In this document: piece after piece, positions 46,525 through 47,040 of the stretch
Layout: each line of letters begins with the position of its first letter
How positions within the stretch are numbered: the first letter of the stretch is position 1
DNA from: an uncultured Stakelama sp.
GTDB lineage: Bacteria; Pseudomonadota; Alphaproteobacteria; Sphingomonadales; Sphingomonadaceae
Direction of reading: 5' to 3'
DNA: 47,040 nucleotides
Assembly (NCBI GenBank): GCA_964631905.1
Contig: CAZWAL010000001.1
Location: 1 to 47,040, forward strand
Position numbers and translations under genes: made by a program
The notes under the pieces: generated by a model
Databases searched by the model: none
What the model was told of the DNA's origin: nothing
What the model saw: the letters and a program-made list of their open reading frames with translations, nothing else

Positions 46525-46855
46525 CAGTCGCCGCTGATTCAGTGTACGGCGTGCGCAAGATATGGCGGCAGTGATGCGAGCGGGGTTCTGGATCGGGCGC
46601 TGTACCGTCGAACGGCTGAGGCGCAATATGGGCTTGGCAGGGGTGATCCGCCGGCGGGGACCATGGCGAACATTTAAGGCAGAAGAGCTCGCCACGCTGG
46701 AGTTGGTCGACTTCTTTGACCACCGGCGATTGCTCAGGACGATCGGCAACATCGCTTCCGCAGAAACCGAGCAACGATACTTGGCCATGCCGGACGATAT
46801 CCCGATGGCCGCCCAACTCAAACCAAATGGTCTCCGGCAATCCCGGTGCGGCTCA
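46525..46855 (+). pseudogene. Degenerate IS3-family orfB fragment with right inverted repeat
   Basis: VYGVRKIWRQ, then a frameshift, then RCTVERL..MGLAGVIR fused directly to RRGPWR..ATLELVDFFDHRRLL..IGNI..AETE. Ends in TCTCCGGCAATCCCGGTGCGGCTCA, an IS3-type IR ending in CA. Confidence 0.85.
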
Positions 46856-46987
46856 ATTTCACCACGCCAGCTCGCTTTGTGAGACGAACATAGCCACGCC
46901 AACCTTCGGCTTAGACAGAGCTGGGCGCGTCTAGCGAAAACACTTGGCGACAACGAATTGAATCGTTGTATTTGTGTTTCTTCTAGG

Positions 46988-47040
46988 TGGTGCGGGCGGT
47001 CGGAATCGAACCGACACTCCTTTCGGAACCGGATTTTGAG
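46988..47040 (-). tRNA. tRNA-Leu(CAA), 3' portion (5' part outside window)
   Basis: Reverse complement CTCAAAATCCGGTTCCGAAAGGAGTGTCGGTTCGATTCCGACCGCCCGCACCA: anticodon loop CTCAAAA, long variable arm TCC-GAAA-GGA, T arm GTCGG-TTCGATT-CCGAC, discriminator A and encoded CCA. Confidence 0.93.

Larger units (their letters stand above)
12926..47017. mobile_element. tRNA-Leu(CAA)-integrated genomic island, ~34 kb, no integrase seen
   Basis: Flanking direct repeats 34,060 bp apart, located downstream of the tRNA 3' end. Catabolic cargo inside and an IS remnant at the tRNA-proximal end. Confidence 0.85.

Noticed and set aside
46950-46969. ACAACGA-N6-TCGTTGT hairpin as tRNA terminator
   Set aside because: Weak AT-rich stem with no U tract on the minus strand.
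1-47040. CRISPR array, prophage, integrase, defence system or biosynthetic NRPS/PKS
   Set aside because: No regularly spaced repeats or matching protein motifs seen; the adenylating enzymes are stand-alone with no carrier protein.

Overview
GC-rich alphaproteobacterial DNA, probably a sphingomonad (inferred from gene content). Bases 1-12.9 kb look like ordinary chromosome: an acyl-CoA dehydrogenase, TonB-dependent receptor, MFS transporter, SDR, GST, acyl-CoA ligase/thioesterase, an EF-hand protein with an OmpR-family two-component system, and DUF4260/LysR. Bases ~12,926-47,017 form a ~34 kb genomic island. It is bounded by a 32-bp perfect direct repeat of the 3' end of a minus-strand tRNA-Leu(CAA) that is cut by the right window edge. 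No integrase is visible, only a decayed IS3-family fragment beside the tRNA. The cargo is coherent: a TonB-dependent receptor flanked by exported hydrolases (two CocE/NonD, two SxxK serine hydrolases, a D-aminoacylase), four cytoplasmic peptidases (MlrC/M81, M19, M20, DmpA/P1), and AbgT and DUF819 transporters. It also carries modules for D-Glu (dgcN/dgcA), hydroxyproline (epimerase, deaminase, KGSA dehydrogenase-like), a DauA-like D-amino-acid dehydrogenase, a PLP dehydratase plus BhcD-like imine reductase pair, and an acyl-CoA module. My best hypothesis is a utilization locus for D-/hydroxylated/N-acylated (non-ribosomal-type) peptides. It resembles the microcystin mlr toolkit but lacks mlrA. 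Family calls come from motif recognition and recalled sequences; no searches were run.
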